Positions 31,167-40,289 of a stretch of 64,000 nucleotides of DNA are shown in pieces. This DNA comes from Spirochaetia bacterium. Its GTDB lineage: Bacteria; Spirochaetota; Spirochaetia; UBA9216. A program made the translations under genes and the position numbers. Location of the stretch: NCBI GenBank assembly GCA_963675665.1, contig OY776510.1, forward strand, positions 3,616,001 to 3,680,000, written 5' to 3'. The notes under the pieces were generated by a model. It worked only from the letters and a program-made list of their open reading frames with translations. It made no database searches and had not been told where the DNA came from. The stretch's first letter is position 1. Every line of letters starts with the position of its first letter.

Positions 31167-32908
31167 TCAGATTCGATCTTTATTATCTGGGTAAGAAGTC
31201 TTCTGAAATCCCGAATATGCGCGGAACGTTTTTTCAGAATACTTACAAGGGTCAGAGATTTACCTTTTACAAGATAATGCTTGTTCAATTGGACCTTTAT
31301 AACATTTGAATCACTTGCAACAAGTTCTTCAAAAATCTTCTCAAGTCCTGCAAGGGCTTCTTCTCCCCAGTCTATCAGCGATTTCACCTCCCTGTTTTTA
31401 TTAATAACAAGAGATCTGAACATCCTCTGCTGAGACGGTTCAGAGACAAGCGACATTCTTAATTTATGAAAAAGCTTCCCGTCTTCCTCATCCGGAGCAA
31501 GTGTTTTGTCCGAAGCTCCTATTTTGTCTTCCAGCTCCTGCATTGCTACTGAATACCCCAGAAGCCTGTCGCGTGTTATTCTGTTCTGGGACAGGATTCC
31601 TTTCTCAAGTATTGAAATAACATCTGCAAATAAGCTTTGATAAAAACAGCGAATATAATTATATAAAACATTCAGTGACTTGGTGTGTGTAAAAAACGGC
31701 AATCCCATTTTTTGATGATCTATGCTTGCATATTTCCTGTAATTTCTGAATTCCTCAAAATTGTAACCTTGAAAAATACGTTCAATCTCTCTTTCTATAT
31801 ATGCTTTTTGCACATCGGCATATGCCTTGTTTACAGCATCCTTTAATTTTGCATGCAGTATTATAATGTACAAATCTTTGAAACTCTTTCTTTTAATGGA
31901 AAAATTAATACGCAGGTACGGTTCTTTTCTGAAATATTGAATTATTTCAAGCAGCGGCATTGAACCGGCAAAATTTTTGACACTCACTATTAATTTCTTC
32001 AGTTCTTCCTGATCGTTTTCAGGTAACGGATCATTTTCATCTATGTTTCTTATAAATTGAATCAGAAATTTATTTAAAGGAATATGTTCATCAAGAATTG
32101 CGCCTTCCATTACTGAAATATACATCATTTTCAGATGATCCAGACACAGCATTGCGGAAGCATTTTTAAAAAAATGCTTTCCGCCGGCACTACCGCTTCT
32201 GTTCGGTGTAAAACTGAATTTCTGAAAAAATGCTGTATACGGAAAAAGAATTATATCCTTCAAACCGTACATCGGCGCTATACTTTGTTCAATTTCCGAA
32301 TAAATTATAACGGGTATTTCGTCCGTATATTCCTTTATCCTTCTGTCAACTTCATTTATCAACACATCTTTTTTTCCGAATTCAGCATAAAGATCGACAA
32401 GTTCGTCCATACTGATGAACTCTTCAAGCTCATTTTTCGTGTTTTCATACATTGCCCTTATTATAAAAAGACAGCATGATTCGTATACTCCGGGTTCATT
32501 CCACAATTTTCTATACAGTTCTCTGAAAGTAAATGTCTGGCTGTATAAATTAAAAACTTTTTCACCAAATTCTGGAGTTAAATTTCTACTTTCAAAACCG
32601 GTAATACCGGGTTGTTTTCTGTAAATTGCTTTCTTAAGCATTTTCATTTTACGGTCTATCACAAGCTCATCAATTTTTTTCCCGCCCAGCTTCGATCGTA
32701 TAAGCATAAGTAATCTGCTGAACCAACCTGTATTTTTCAGTTCATTTTCAATAAAAAAATCATGGTCCTTTTTTTTTCTTACAGCAGCCTTTTCCTCATC
32801 ATCTTCTTCACTAACGTCAATGCTTCTGTTTATTCTTTCAAGCAGATTCGTTCTTTCTTTTTCAGAAAGGGAGTATGATAATTCTTCAAGTACATCTTTC
32901 TTTGCCAT
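31163..32908 (-). CDS. spirochaete conserved protein (DUF5312-like)
   Basis: 581-aa helical ORF beginning LSEKERTNLLERI; family recalled, not searched. Confidence 0.6.
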   Translation of the reverse strand: MAKKDVLEELSYSLSEKERTNLLERINRSIDVSEEDDEEKAAVRKKKDHDFFIENELKNTGWFSRLLMLIRSKLGGKKIDELVIDRKMKMLKKAIYRKQPGITGFESRNLTPEFGEKVFNLYSQTFTFRELYRKLWNEPGVYESCCLFIIRAMYENTKNELEEFISMDELVDLYAEFGKKDVLINEVDRRIKEYTDEIPVIIYSEIEQSIAPMYGLKDIILFPYTAFFQKFSFTPNRSGSAGGKHFFKNASAMLCLDHLKMMYISVMEGAILDEHIPLNKFLIQFIRNIDENDPLPENDQEELKKLIVSVKNFAGSMPLLEIIQYFRKEPYLRINFSIKRKSFKDLYIIILHAKLKDAVNKAYADVQKAYIEREIERIFQGYNFEEFRNYRKYASIDHQKMGLPFFTHTKSLNVLYNYIRCFYQSLFADVISILEKGILSQNRITRDRLLGYSVAMQELEDKIGASDKTLAPDEEDGKLFHKLRMSLVSEPSQQRMFRSLVINKNREVKSLIDWGEEALAGLEKIFEELVASDSNVIKVQLNKHYLVKGKSLTLVSILKKRSAHIRDFRRLLTQIIKIESD

Positions 32909-32923
32909 CCATTCCTCATCTAA

Positions 32924-33550
32924 TCAGTAATTAATAATTATAAACACAGAGCCTTTAAGGATTCTGAATGATACGCTTTCTCTCATTGCTACATTGCTTA
33001 TACTGAATTGACCCGGATTAATCTGAAAATTTTCCAATTCCCATTTTAATCCTTCAGAGCTTACTACAGCATCATCTCTTCCGCACGAAAAAACCGAAAC
33101 TGTCTGCCCTATACTGCATTTTGCATCATATTCCGTGTCTGCATAAATAATTCTTTCGAATGCAGTAAACCACTCAGATGGTTTTGTTTTCCGGTTAAAA
33201 ATGGAAATTATTGCCATCAGATGATCAATCCTGCCGCCTCCACCACCAATTAAAACTATATCACGGAAATCTTTATCTTCAATGAATTTAATTGCCAATT
33301 CGGTATCAGTATAATCCTTATCTTCAGGGTACCTGATAATTCTGCTTTTTTTAATTTTTCCAAGCCCTTCATGATCTCTCAGTGAATCCATATCACCTAT
33401 ATAATAATCCGGTTCGATTCCCATTGCTGCGGCCAAATCCCAGCCTGAATCAGCCGCTATCATAATCTCTGTATCATCCAGAATATCTTTGATAATTTCC
33501 AGGTTCGGGCCTGAACCGCCGGTGAAGATTACGGCTTTTCCATTACTCAT
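32924..33550 (-). CDS. thiN: thiamine diphosphokinase
   Basis: AADSG, IGDMDS, KDYTDTELA, GGRIDH, GLKW, SISN. Confidence 0.92.
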   Translation of the reverse strand: MSNGKAVIFTGGSGPNLEIIKDILDDTEIMIAADSGWDLAAAMGIEPDYYIGDMDSLRDHEGLGKIKKSRIIRYPEDKDYTDTELAIKFIEDKDFRDIVLIGGGGGRIDHLMAIISIFNRKTKPSEWFTAFERIIYADTEYDAKCSIGQTVSVFSCGRDDAVVSSEGLKWELENFQINPGQFSISNVAMRESVSFRILKGSVFIIINY

Positions 33551-33600
33551 TTTATCATAATCCGCTTTTTTTAATTTTTTTTCAATATAGCTATTTTAAC

Positions 33601-33670
33601 TAAAGCAAGTTTTTTATATTCCGAAATTATATACAGGGACAAGGATGTTCCGTCAAATAATCAAGGAGGA
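33601..33670 (+). promoter_or_regulatory. sigma28 promoter and CsrA-type GGA hairpin in the flagellin leader
   Basis: TAAA-N15-TCCGAAAT; GGGAC-AAGGAT-GTTCC hairpin; AAGGAGGA SD. Confidence 0.7.
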
Positions 33671-33674
33671 TTAT

Positions 33675-34547
33675 ATGATTATTAATCACAACATGAGTGC
33701 GATGTTTGCGCACCGAAGTCAAAAATTCAATTCATGGTCAATGGACAACAGCATGAACAAGTTGTCATCCGGAATGCGTATCAACAAAGCCGGCGATGAC
33801 GCATCAGGCCTTGCTGTCTCTGAAAAAATGCGTTCTCAAATCCGCGGACTTCAGAGAGCCGAAAAAAATGCTGAAGACGGTATTTCATTCATCCAGACAA
33901 CCGAAGGTTACCTTTCAGAAACTAATGAAATACTCCAGAGACTCCGTGAACTTTCAGTTCAGGCCGCTAACGGTATTTACTCAAGTGAAGACAGGATGCA
34001 GATTCAGGTTGAGGTTTCTCAGCTTGTAGATGAAATCAACAGAATAGCTTCACATGCCCAGTTTAACGGTATGAACATGATGACCGGTCGTTTTGCAAAA
34101 GAAACAGGTGAGAATTTCGTTGCGGCAAGCATGTGGCTCCATATGGGCGCCAATGTTGATCAGCGCGAACGCATTTACATCGGCACAATGACTGCTCAGG
34201 GCCTTGGGTTGCAGCAGAAAGGTGCTATGGCTCATGCAGCTACTTTCATTTCAATTTCGTCTCCTGACAAAGCCAATATGTCAATTGCAATGGTTGACAG
34301 TGCAATCAAGAAGGTTAACAAACAACGTGCCGATCTTGGAGCATACCAGAACAGGCTTGAATATGCAGCACAGGGACTGTCTGTCGGCGCTGAAAATCTT
34401 CAGGCTGCCGAATCAAGAATCAGGGATACTGACATGGCAGAAGAAATGGTTAATTTTGTCAAGGATCAGATTCTTATTCAGGCATCTACAGCCATGCTGG
34501 CTCAGGCCAATCAGAAAGGTCAGTCAGTACTTCAGCTTTTACAGTAA
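33675..34547 (+). CDS. flaB: flagellin (periplasmic filament core FlaB)
   Basis: [53 protein letters not shown]. Start moved to 33675 after the SD. Confidence 0.97.
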   Translation: MIINHNMSAMFAHRSQKFNSWSMDNSMNKLSSGMRINKAGDDASGLAVSEKMRSQIRGLQRAEKNAEDGISFIQTTEGYLSETNEILQRLRELSVQAANGIYSSEDRMQIQVEVSQLVDEINRIASHAQFNGMNMMTGRFAKETGENFVAASMWLHMGANVDQRERIYIGTMTAQGLGLQQKGAMAHAATFISISSPDKANMSIAMVDSAIKKVNKQRADLGAYQNRLEYAAQGLSVGAENLQAAESRIRDTDMAEEMVNFVKDQILIQASTAMLAQANQKGQSVLQLLQ

Positions 34548-34592
34548 ACTGACGGCATTCCAGTTCCAGTTCAACATAGCATCTGATACCAC

Positions 34593-34621
34593 CCGCTCCT
34601 CTTTGGGGAGCGGTTTTTTTT
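34593..34621 (+). terminator. flagellin terminator
   Basis: CCGCTCC/GGAGCGG stem followed by T8. Confidence 0.85.
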
Positions 34622-34660
34622 ATATTGACAACAATTTATCAATCCTTATTATTAACTTTA

Positions 34661-36022
34661 ATGCGTTACAAGGTAGATAAAGCACTTATACAATTTTCTC
34701 AAATCTTTAAAAATGCAGGGTTTTCGTGTTATCTTGTCGGAGGCGCTGTAAGAAACCTCTATGCAGGTTTAACCGTATCTGATTACGATTTTACAACCAA
34801 TGCCATGCCGGAACAGGTTTCCGGCCTTTTTCGGAAAGTAATTCCTACGGGAATCAAACACGGAACAGTTACAGTTCTTTACTCCGGCTATAAGCTTGAA
34901 GTTACAACCTTCCGAACCGACGGCGATTATTCAGACCTCAGAAGGCCTGATAAAGTACATTTTACTGCTTCTGTTTTTGAAGACCTTAAAAGACGTGATT
35001 TTACTATAAACTCCATGGCTTATGATCTTCTTACCGGAGAACTCCTTGACCCGCATGACGGCAAAATTGATCTAAAAAACAGGATTATCAGGGCAATCGG
35101 CGTTCCGCTGGAACGTTTCCAGGAAGATGCTTTACGTATCATGCGTGCATGCAGGTTTGCCGCTCAGCTTGAATTTACAATCGAAGAATCAACGCTTAAG
35201 GGAATGTCTGATAAATCAATCAACCTTAATGCTGTCTCAATGGAACGAATACGCGACGAGATTGAAAAAATTCTCAGAACACGTAAACCGTCTATAGCTT
35301 TTCATATTATGTCCAACACCGGCGTTCTGGATGTTGTTTTACCTGAACTTGCCGCCTGCCGCGGTATAGAACAAAAAGGCTTTCATAATTTCGACGTATT
35401 TGAACACAGCCTTTATTCCTGTGACGGCGCTCCTCCGGAAAACCCCGAAGTCAGGCTGGCTGCTCTGCTTCATGACATAGGCAAACCGGCAACACTGGCC
35501 CTGGACGAACTCGGTATACCGACCTTTTACGGACATGAAAAAAAATCAACTTCTTTGAGCCGCAAAATTATTCAGCGTTTTAAATTCCCCAAAGCGTTTG
35601 AAAAAAGGGTTCTTCAGCTTATTGAACAGCATATGTTTAATTATCAGCCGGAATGGAGCGACAGCGCTGTGCGCAGGTTTATTGCAAAAACCGGCCCTGA
35701 AAATATAATGGATCTTTTTCTTCTCAGGCGTGCCGATCAGTACGGCATGAGCCGTAACAAGCATGATTCCGTCAACCTTAAAGATTTCGGCAAAAGAATT
35801 AAAAATGTTCTTGAAGCTGATAATGCTTTTACTATCAGGGATTTGAATATTAACGGGAACATCCTTCATTCAAAAGGCGGTATTCCCAAAGGCCGGGACA
35901 TGGGAACAACACTGGACTTTCTTCTTGAAAGCGTTCTGGATGATCCTTCACAGAATAATGAAACTGATTTACTAAAAATAGCTGTTAATTTTTATAATGA
36001 AAGGCTGCTTCATGAAAAATGA
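34661..36022 (+). CDS. cca: CCA tRNA nucleotidyltransferase (class II, HD domain)
   Basis: LVGGAVRN, DYD, EVTTFR, RRDFTIN, EDALRIMR, LLHDIGK. Start moved to ATG 34661; the ORF-track TTG is part of a TTGACA -35 box. Confidence 0.9.
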   Translation: MRYKVDKALIQFSQIFKNAGFSCYLVGGAVRNLYAGLTVSDYDFTTNAMPEQVSGLFRKVIPTGIKHGTVTVLYSGYKLEVTTFRTDGDYSDLRRPDKVHFTASVFEDLKRRDFTINSMAYDLLTGELLDPHDGKIDLKNRIIRAIGVPLERFQEDALRIMRACRFAAQLEFTIEESTLKGMSDKSINLNAVSMERIRDEIEKILRTRKPSIAFHIMSNTGVLDVVLPELAACRGIEQKGFHNFDVFEHSLYSCDGAPPENPEVRLAALLHDIGKPATLALDELGIPTFYGHEKKSTSLSRKIIQRFKFPKAFEKRVLQLIEQHMFNYQPEWSDSAVRRFIAKTGPENIMDLFLLRRADQYGMSRNKHDSVNLKDFGKRIKNVLEADNAFTIRDLNINGNILHSKGGIPKGRDMGTTLDFLLESVLDDPSQNNETDLLKIAVNFYNERLLHEK

Positions 36023-36031
36023 CTCTTTATA

Positions 36032-36802
36032 TTACTTACTTTTCAGTTTTGACGATTTCTTTACGGTAAGACTTTCATAAGCTATACCTGCAGCTTTCTG
36101 TTCCGCTTCTTTTTTATTTTTACCTTTTCCGGGTCCGTAGGTATCGTTTTTAACCTTTACTTCAATCCAGAATGTTCGATCGTGATCCGGGCCCGTTTTC
36201 TGGACAAGATTATACCTTGGATAACTTTTATACTTCTTCTGTACAAGCTCCTGTAGCAGAGTTTTATAGTCTTTCCGGTGTTTGTTCTCAAGAACCTTGT
36301 TGATTTCCGGGATTAAATATTTCAGAATAAAACTTTGAACTGTTTTAAAACCCGAATCAAGGTAATAAGCTCCGAAAATAGCTTCCATACAGTCGGCAAG
36401 AATTGCTTTTTTTGTTCTCCCGCCGGAATATTCCTCGCCCTTTCCGATAAGAATGTAATTATCAACTTTAATTGATTTTGCAATTCCGGCCAGACTGTCT
36501 TCACTTACAACAAATGATTTTATACGTGCCAGTTCACCTTCCGGCCTTTCCGGCATTATCCTGAAAAGATAATCACTTACAACAATGCCGAGAACACTGT
36601 CGCCCAGAAATTCCAGTTTTTCATTATTGTCAATATTACCGACAGTTTCGTTTGAATAAGAACGATGAGAAAAAGCAAGGTTCAGGAAATCTATTTTCCT
36701 GAACCTCATACCTGCGTGTTTCTCAAAAAGCTGCAACTCTTTTTTTCTTGCAGCATCAGCTGCAGGCGTTTTCAGAGCCGGTACTTTTGGTAATAGAACC
36801 AC
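36032..36802 (-). CDS. rnc: ribonuclease III
   Basis: NEKLEFLGDSVL, ADCMEA, and dsRBD (DYKTLLQE..KKEAEQKAA). Confidence 0.97.
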   Translation of the reverse strand: MVLLPKVPALKTPAADAARKKELQLFEKHAGMRFRKIDFLNLAFSHRSYSNETVGNIDNNEKLEFLGDSVLGIVVSDYLFRIMPERPEGELARIKSFVVSEDSLAGIAKSIKVDNYILIGKGEEYSGGRTKKAILADCMEAIFGAYYLDSGFKTVQSFILKYLIPEINKVLENKHRKDYKTLLQELVQKKYKSYPRYNLVQKTGPDHDRTFWIEVKVKNDTYGPGKGKNKKEAEQKAAGIAYESLTVKKSSKLKSK

Positions 36803-36814
36803 GATATGCGAATC

Positions 36815-37051
36815 TTAGCTCTGTGCGGATTTTATAAATTCTACAGCATCACCAACAGTTTCAAACTCATTGGCTTTTTCATCAGGAATGGTAATTCCCA
36901 TTTCTTCTTCGATCGCATAAACAAGCTCGTAAGTATCGAGACTGTCTGCTCCAAGATCCTGTCTAAAAGACGCTTCAAGAGTGATTTTGTCTTCTTCAAC
37001 CTCAAGCTTTTCAGCTATTAGCTTCTTAATCTTTTCAAAAAGCTCGTCCAT
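36815..37051 (-). CDS. acpP: acyl carrier protein
   Basis: DLGADSLD motif. Confidence 0.97.
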   Translation of the reverse strand: MDELFEKIKKLIAEKLEVEEDKITLEASFRQDLGADSLDTYELVYAIEEEMGITIPDEKANEFETVGDAVEFIKSAQS

Positions 37052-37079
37052 TTTTCGCTCCTTACCTTTTTATAGCGTT

Positions 37080-37268
37080 CTACGCCATTTCTTCAAGCTC
37101 GACAACCTGTTTCCCACGGTAGAAACCGCATTTTGGACATACCCTGTGAGGTAATACCAAATTGCCGCAACTTCCACATTCAACCAGATTACCGGCAGTT
37201 AGCTTGTTATTAATCGCCCTTCTTCTACGACTTTTTGCCTTAGAAGTTTTATATTTAGGTACTGCCAT
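37080..37268 (-). CDS. rpmF: 50S ribosomal protein L32
   Basis: MAVPKYKTSK, CxxC...HRVCxxCG. Confidence 0.97.
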   Translation of the reverse strand: MAVPKYKTSKAKSRRRRAINNKLTAGNLVECGSCGNLVLPHRVCPKCGFYRGKQVVELEEMA

Positions 37269-37305
37269 TATTTTCGCCTCTCATTGTTATACTATTATTT
37301 AGGAG

Positions 37306-37334
37306 ACAATACCGTATAGATTTACGATTGTCAA
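37306..37334 (-). promoter_or_regulatory. sigma70 promoter of rpmF-acpP-rnc
   Basis: TTGACA-N17-TATTGT. Confidence 0.65.
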
Positions 37335-37378
37335 GCTCTCTGTGCTTTCATGTACATTATCAGCCAGCAACCGATATG

Positions 37379-37861
37379 TCAATCCATTGTATCGAATTTA
37401 ATTTTTAAAGCCTTTTCAACACAATCCGGAACCATACCGGTAATTTTGCCGTGCATTCTTGCCACTTCATTCACAACTGATGAGCGTATTACAAAATATC
37501 TCGGATCCGTAGGCATAAAAATAATCTCGATATCAGGATCAAGATTCTTGTTAGTCATAGCAAGCTCAAATTCATAACCGAAATCAGTCAAAGCTCTTAC
37601 CCCTCTGATAAGGACCTTGGCGCCGACTTCTTTGGCGTATTCAACAATCAGTCTGTTTGTTACACCAACTTTTACGTTAGCTATGTCTTTTGTAATTTCT
37701 TCGAGAAAAGCAACCCTTTCCTCGACTGTAAACAAATTTGTTTTATCACCGTTATCACCAATTACAACTTCAACAGCATCAAAAACTTTGGAGGCTCTTC
37801 TTATCAGATTAAGGTGGCCGTTTGTCGGAGGATCGAATGATCCCGGAAATAGAACTTTCAT
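37379..37861 (-). CDS. coaD: phosphopantetheine adenylyltransferase
   Basis: FPGSFDPPTNGH, RGVR..DFGYE, RSS. Confidence 0.96.
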   Translation of the reverse strand: MKVLFPGSFDPPTNGHLNLIRRASKVFDAVEVVIGDNGDKTNLFTVEERVAFLEEITKDIANVKVGVTNRLIVEYAKEVGAKVLIRGVRALTDFGYEFELAMTNKNLDPDIEIIFMPTDPRYFVIRSSVVNEVARMHGKITGMVPDCVEKALKIKFDTMD

Positions 37862-37867
37862 CCTGCA

Positions 37868-37954
37868 AGTTTACTGTCACTGGTGCATAAAATCAACAAT
37901 ACTATTTCCTTTTTAAAAATTATTTTTGACAAACAACGATGAAAATTATAAACT
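37868..37954. promoter_or_regulatory. divergent leaderless sigma70 promoters (coaD / lipoprotein)
   Basis: Minus: TTGATT-N17-TAAACT-N6-ATG. Plus: TTGACA-N17-TAAACT-N6-ATG. Confidence 0.65.
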
Positions 37955-37960
37955 TGGGTT

Positions 37961-38527
37961 ATGAGAAAGATAATTGGTATTTGCGCTTTTATCATATTTG
38001 CGGTTTCTGTTTCCTGTACAACAGTTGATACCGAACCGGATCCTGTACAACAACCTGAGGCTCAGCCGGAACCTGTAATTCAATCTGAGCCGGCTCCTTT
38101 ACCCGAACCGGAGCCTGAACCTGAAATTGAGGAATTCGTGGTTACAGAAGAGCTTTATGTTGAAACCTTTGAAGACATTAAGACTTTTGTTGTAAACCTC
38201 AATAAGGTAATAGCATCAAAAGATTATAACCTCTGGCTTACCTATCTTACGCGAGATTATATTTCATACTACAGCAACCCTGAACTTCTTCAGAACTATT
38301 CAGACAGGCTTAAGCAGCGCGGGCATAACATCAGGATAGATAACCTTGAGGATTATTTTTTAAACCTTGTTGTTATATCCCGTTCAAATGCCGTTGTTGA
38401 TGAAATAAAATTTACCGACTCTGAACATATTACAGCATATACAATACAGAAGGAGACAGCTTCTGTTCTTTATTATCTCGAAAAAATTGAAAATGAATGG
38501 AAAATCGGGCTAGAACCTGAAAATTAG
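37961..38527 (+). CDS. lipoprotein with Pro/Glu-rich tether
   Basis: Signal peptide ending SVS-C, followed by PEPEPE repeats. Confidence 0.8.
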   Translation: MRKIIGICAFIIFAVSVSCTTVDTEPDPVQQPEAQPEPVIQSEPAPLPEPEPEPEIEEFVVTEELYVETFEDIKTFVVNLNKVIASKDYNLWLTYLTRDYISYYSNPELLQNYSDRLKQRGHNIRIDNLEDYFLNLVVISRSNAVVDEIKFTDSEHITAYTIQKETASVLYYLEKIENEWKIGLEPEN

Positions 38528-38577
38528 TGTATACTTAATGGTATTAGGTACCGAACCTTAATTACGGGGAGTGAAAA

Positions 38578-39270
38578 ATGAAAAACATATTTACTGCGGT
38601 TATTATTATTTTTCTTGCGGTAGTTCCCGGGCTGTTTGCCCAGAGCGATGATGAAATTACCGTTGAGGAATTTTATCTGCAGAATATTGAAATGGTTATT
38701 ATCAAGGAGCAGGCATCAACCCTTGACCGGGACTCGAAGCTTATGGCTCTTAAAAATATTGAAGAAATGATCGACGAAGGAAAAGTATCCGAAGGTGATC
38801 CTGAAGTACATTACATCCTTGATTATCTTGCACAGGAAGGAATTGGTCGCGAAATCAATGAAGGCGGACGGATGGTTAACAATATGCCTGTTGTCCGTAA
38901 AGAAGCCTGTACGCTCCTTGGCGAATTGGGCGGCGAAGATGCTAAAAACACGCTTGTAGACATTGCCCTCAAGGATAACGAAACAATGGTTCTGTCTGAA
39001 GCTGTATATGCTCTCGGCAAACTCGGCATAAATGAAAATAATCAGGTATCCCAGGCAATTGCCAGCATTATTCTTTCTCAGAATGCTATCGGTCCTGATG
39101 ATAATTTTGCTTATTCCGCCCTTCTTTCTTTCGAAAAGTTGGCTGCTGCCAACAACGGTCTCTCCGATCCGCTTGCTTTCCAGGCAATTATTGCAATAGC
39201 TCAGGGTAATTATATAAGGCCTGTAAAAATGAAGGCGAATGAGTTAATCAACGACCTTAGAAAATATTAG
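38578..39270 (+). CDS. secreted HEAT-repeat protein
   Basis: Signal peptide (LFA-Q); VRKEACTLLGELG and VLSEAVYALGKLG repeats. Confidence 0.8.
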   Translation: MKNIFTAVIIIFLAVVPGLFAQSDDEITVEEFYLQNIEMVIIKEQASTLDRDSKLMALKNIEEMIDEGKVSEGDPEVHYILDYLAQEGIGREINEGGRMVNNMPVVRKEACTLLGELGGEDAKNTLVDIALKDNETMVLSEAVYALGKLGINENNQVSQAIASIILSQNAIGPDDNFAYSALLSFEKLAAANNGLSDPLAFQAIIAIAQGNYIRPVKMKANELINDLRKY

Positions 39271-39398
39271 TATTTATAATTCACAAAAAGAAAGGGGCTG
39301 CACGGTTTTACCCGGACTGCCCCATTTTTTTGCGGTTTTTGCTTCAAAGCCTAAACTAAAAAAGTATAACTTTTAAAGCTGCATCTTAAACAAGCTGC

Positions 39399-39794
39399 TT
39401 ATTTTTTTATCCTGCTGCTTACTTTACGTCTCCATTCGTATTTCTTTTCTTCTTTTTCATACTGGATACGTTTTCTTACAAAAAACTTCATAGAGCCGCC
39501 GTTTCGTGTCTTTATAATACCGAAACTGCCTCTTCCGAGATAACAGATCTTCTCATCCTTTTCAAGCGTTTCACGTTTTTCGATCTCACGAATGATACAG
39601 TCGAAATGTGCCGGAGCTTCTGATTCTTCCGCTGCTATTGCAGTATTGATATCTTTAACCGAATTACCGCAATAAGGACATATTGGGTAATCCTTTTTCT
39701 GATATCTTCTGTTGCTTTTATAACGCCTGCGCTTTCCGTCCCGCTTTAAAGGCTTGCTGTTGTCTTCACTGTTGTCCCGATTTTCTTCACTCAT
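39399..39794 (-). CDS. hypothetical basic protein with CxxC..HxxC zinc finger
   Basis: CPYC...AHFDC, YLGRGSFG. Confidence 0.7.
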   Translation of the reverse strand: MSEENRDNSEDNSKPLKRDGKRRRYKSNRRYQKKDYPICPYCGNSVKDINTAIAAEESEAPAHFDCIIREIEKRETLEKDEKICYLGRGSFGIIKTRNGGSMKFFVRKRIQYEKEEKKYEWRRKVSSRIKK

Positions 39795-39937
39795 TAAGTT
39801 TCCCTCTGGTTAATCAGCTCCTTGGTTAAGGTATGCGCGATTCTGTTTATTGCCACATCAAGATAAACAGGATCATTGATTTTGTCTTTCAGCTCTTTAA
39901 GCTTTTTTGGGTCCGTCTGTTTAGCTATTCTAATCAT
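39794..39937 (-). CDS. 47-aa FlgM-like small protein (not in ORF track)
   Basis: MIRIAKQTDPKKLKELKDKINDPVYLDVAINRIAHTLTKELINQRET; GGAG/AGGA upstream; overlaps the yraN stop and has a TAATG overlap with the next gene. Confidence 0.65.
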   Translation of the reverse strand: MIRIAKQTDPKKLKELKDKINDPVYLDVAINRIAHTLTKELINQRET

Positions 39938-40289
39938 AAATTCCTGTCTCCGTAAAGGCATTCCTTATATGTTCCAGTTCAGACAAGCACCCTTTGTGAA
40001 AAACCACATCATATCTCACCGATTTATTCTGATACCACTCATTTTCGGCGAGATAGTATTTAGAACAGGATATAATACGTTGTCGCTTATTCCTGTTAAT
40101 ACCGTATTCAATTGCATCAAACTCCAGTGTATCCCATCGTTTGACTTCAATAAAAACCAATTCTTCATTATCAAGGGCAATTATATCTATTTCAGCCCTT
40201 CGTGTCCTGTAGTTACGCTCCAGGATTCTCCATCCTAATCCGGTCAGATAATCACAAACCAGATTTTCTCCGTCTTTACCCTTACTCAG
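39930..40289 (-). CDS. yraN: YraN-family (UPF0102) nuclease-like protein, probable CTG start
   Basis: Frame extends upstream as LSKGKDGENLVCDYL..GWRILERNYR..AEIDIIA..LVFIEVK; CTGA overlap with the HD-GYP stop. Confidence 0.85.
   Translation of the reverse strand: MSKGKDGENLVCDYLTGLGWRILERNYRTRRAEIDIIALDNEELVFIEVKRWDTLEFDAIEYGINRNKRQRIISCSKYYLAENEWYQNKSVRYDVVFHKGCLSELEHIRNAFTETGIYD

Noticed and set aside
38030-38130. GAACC/GAGCC repeats
   Set aside because: Pro-Glu coding tether of a lipoprotein.
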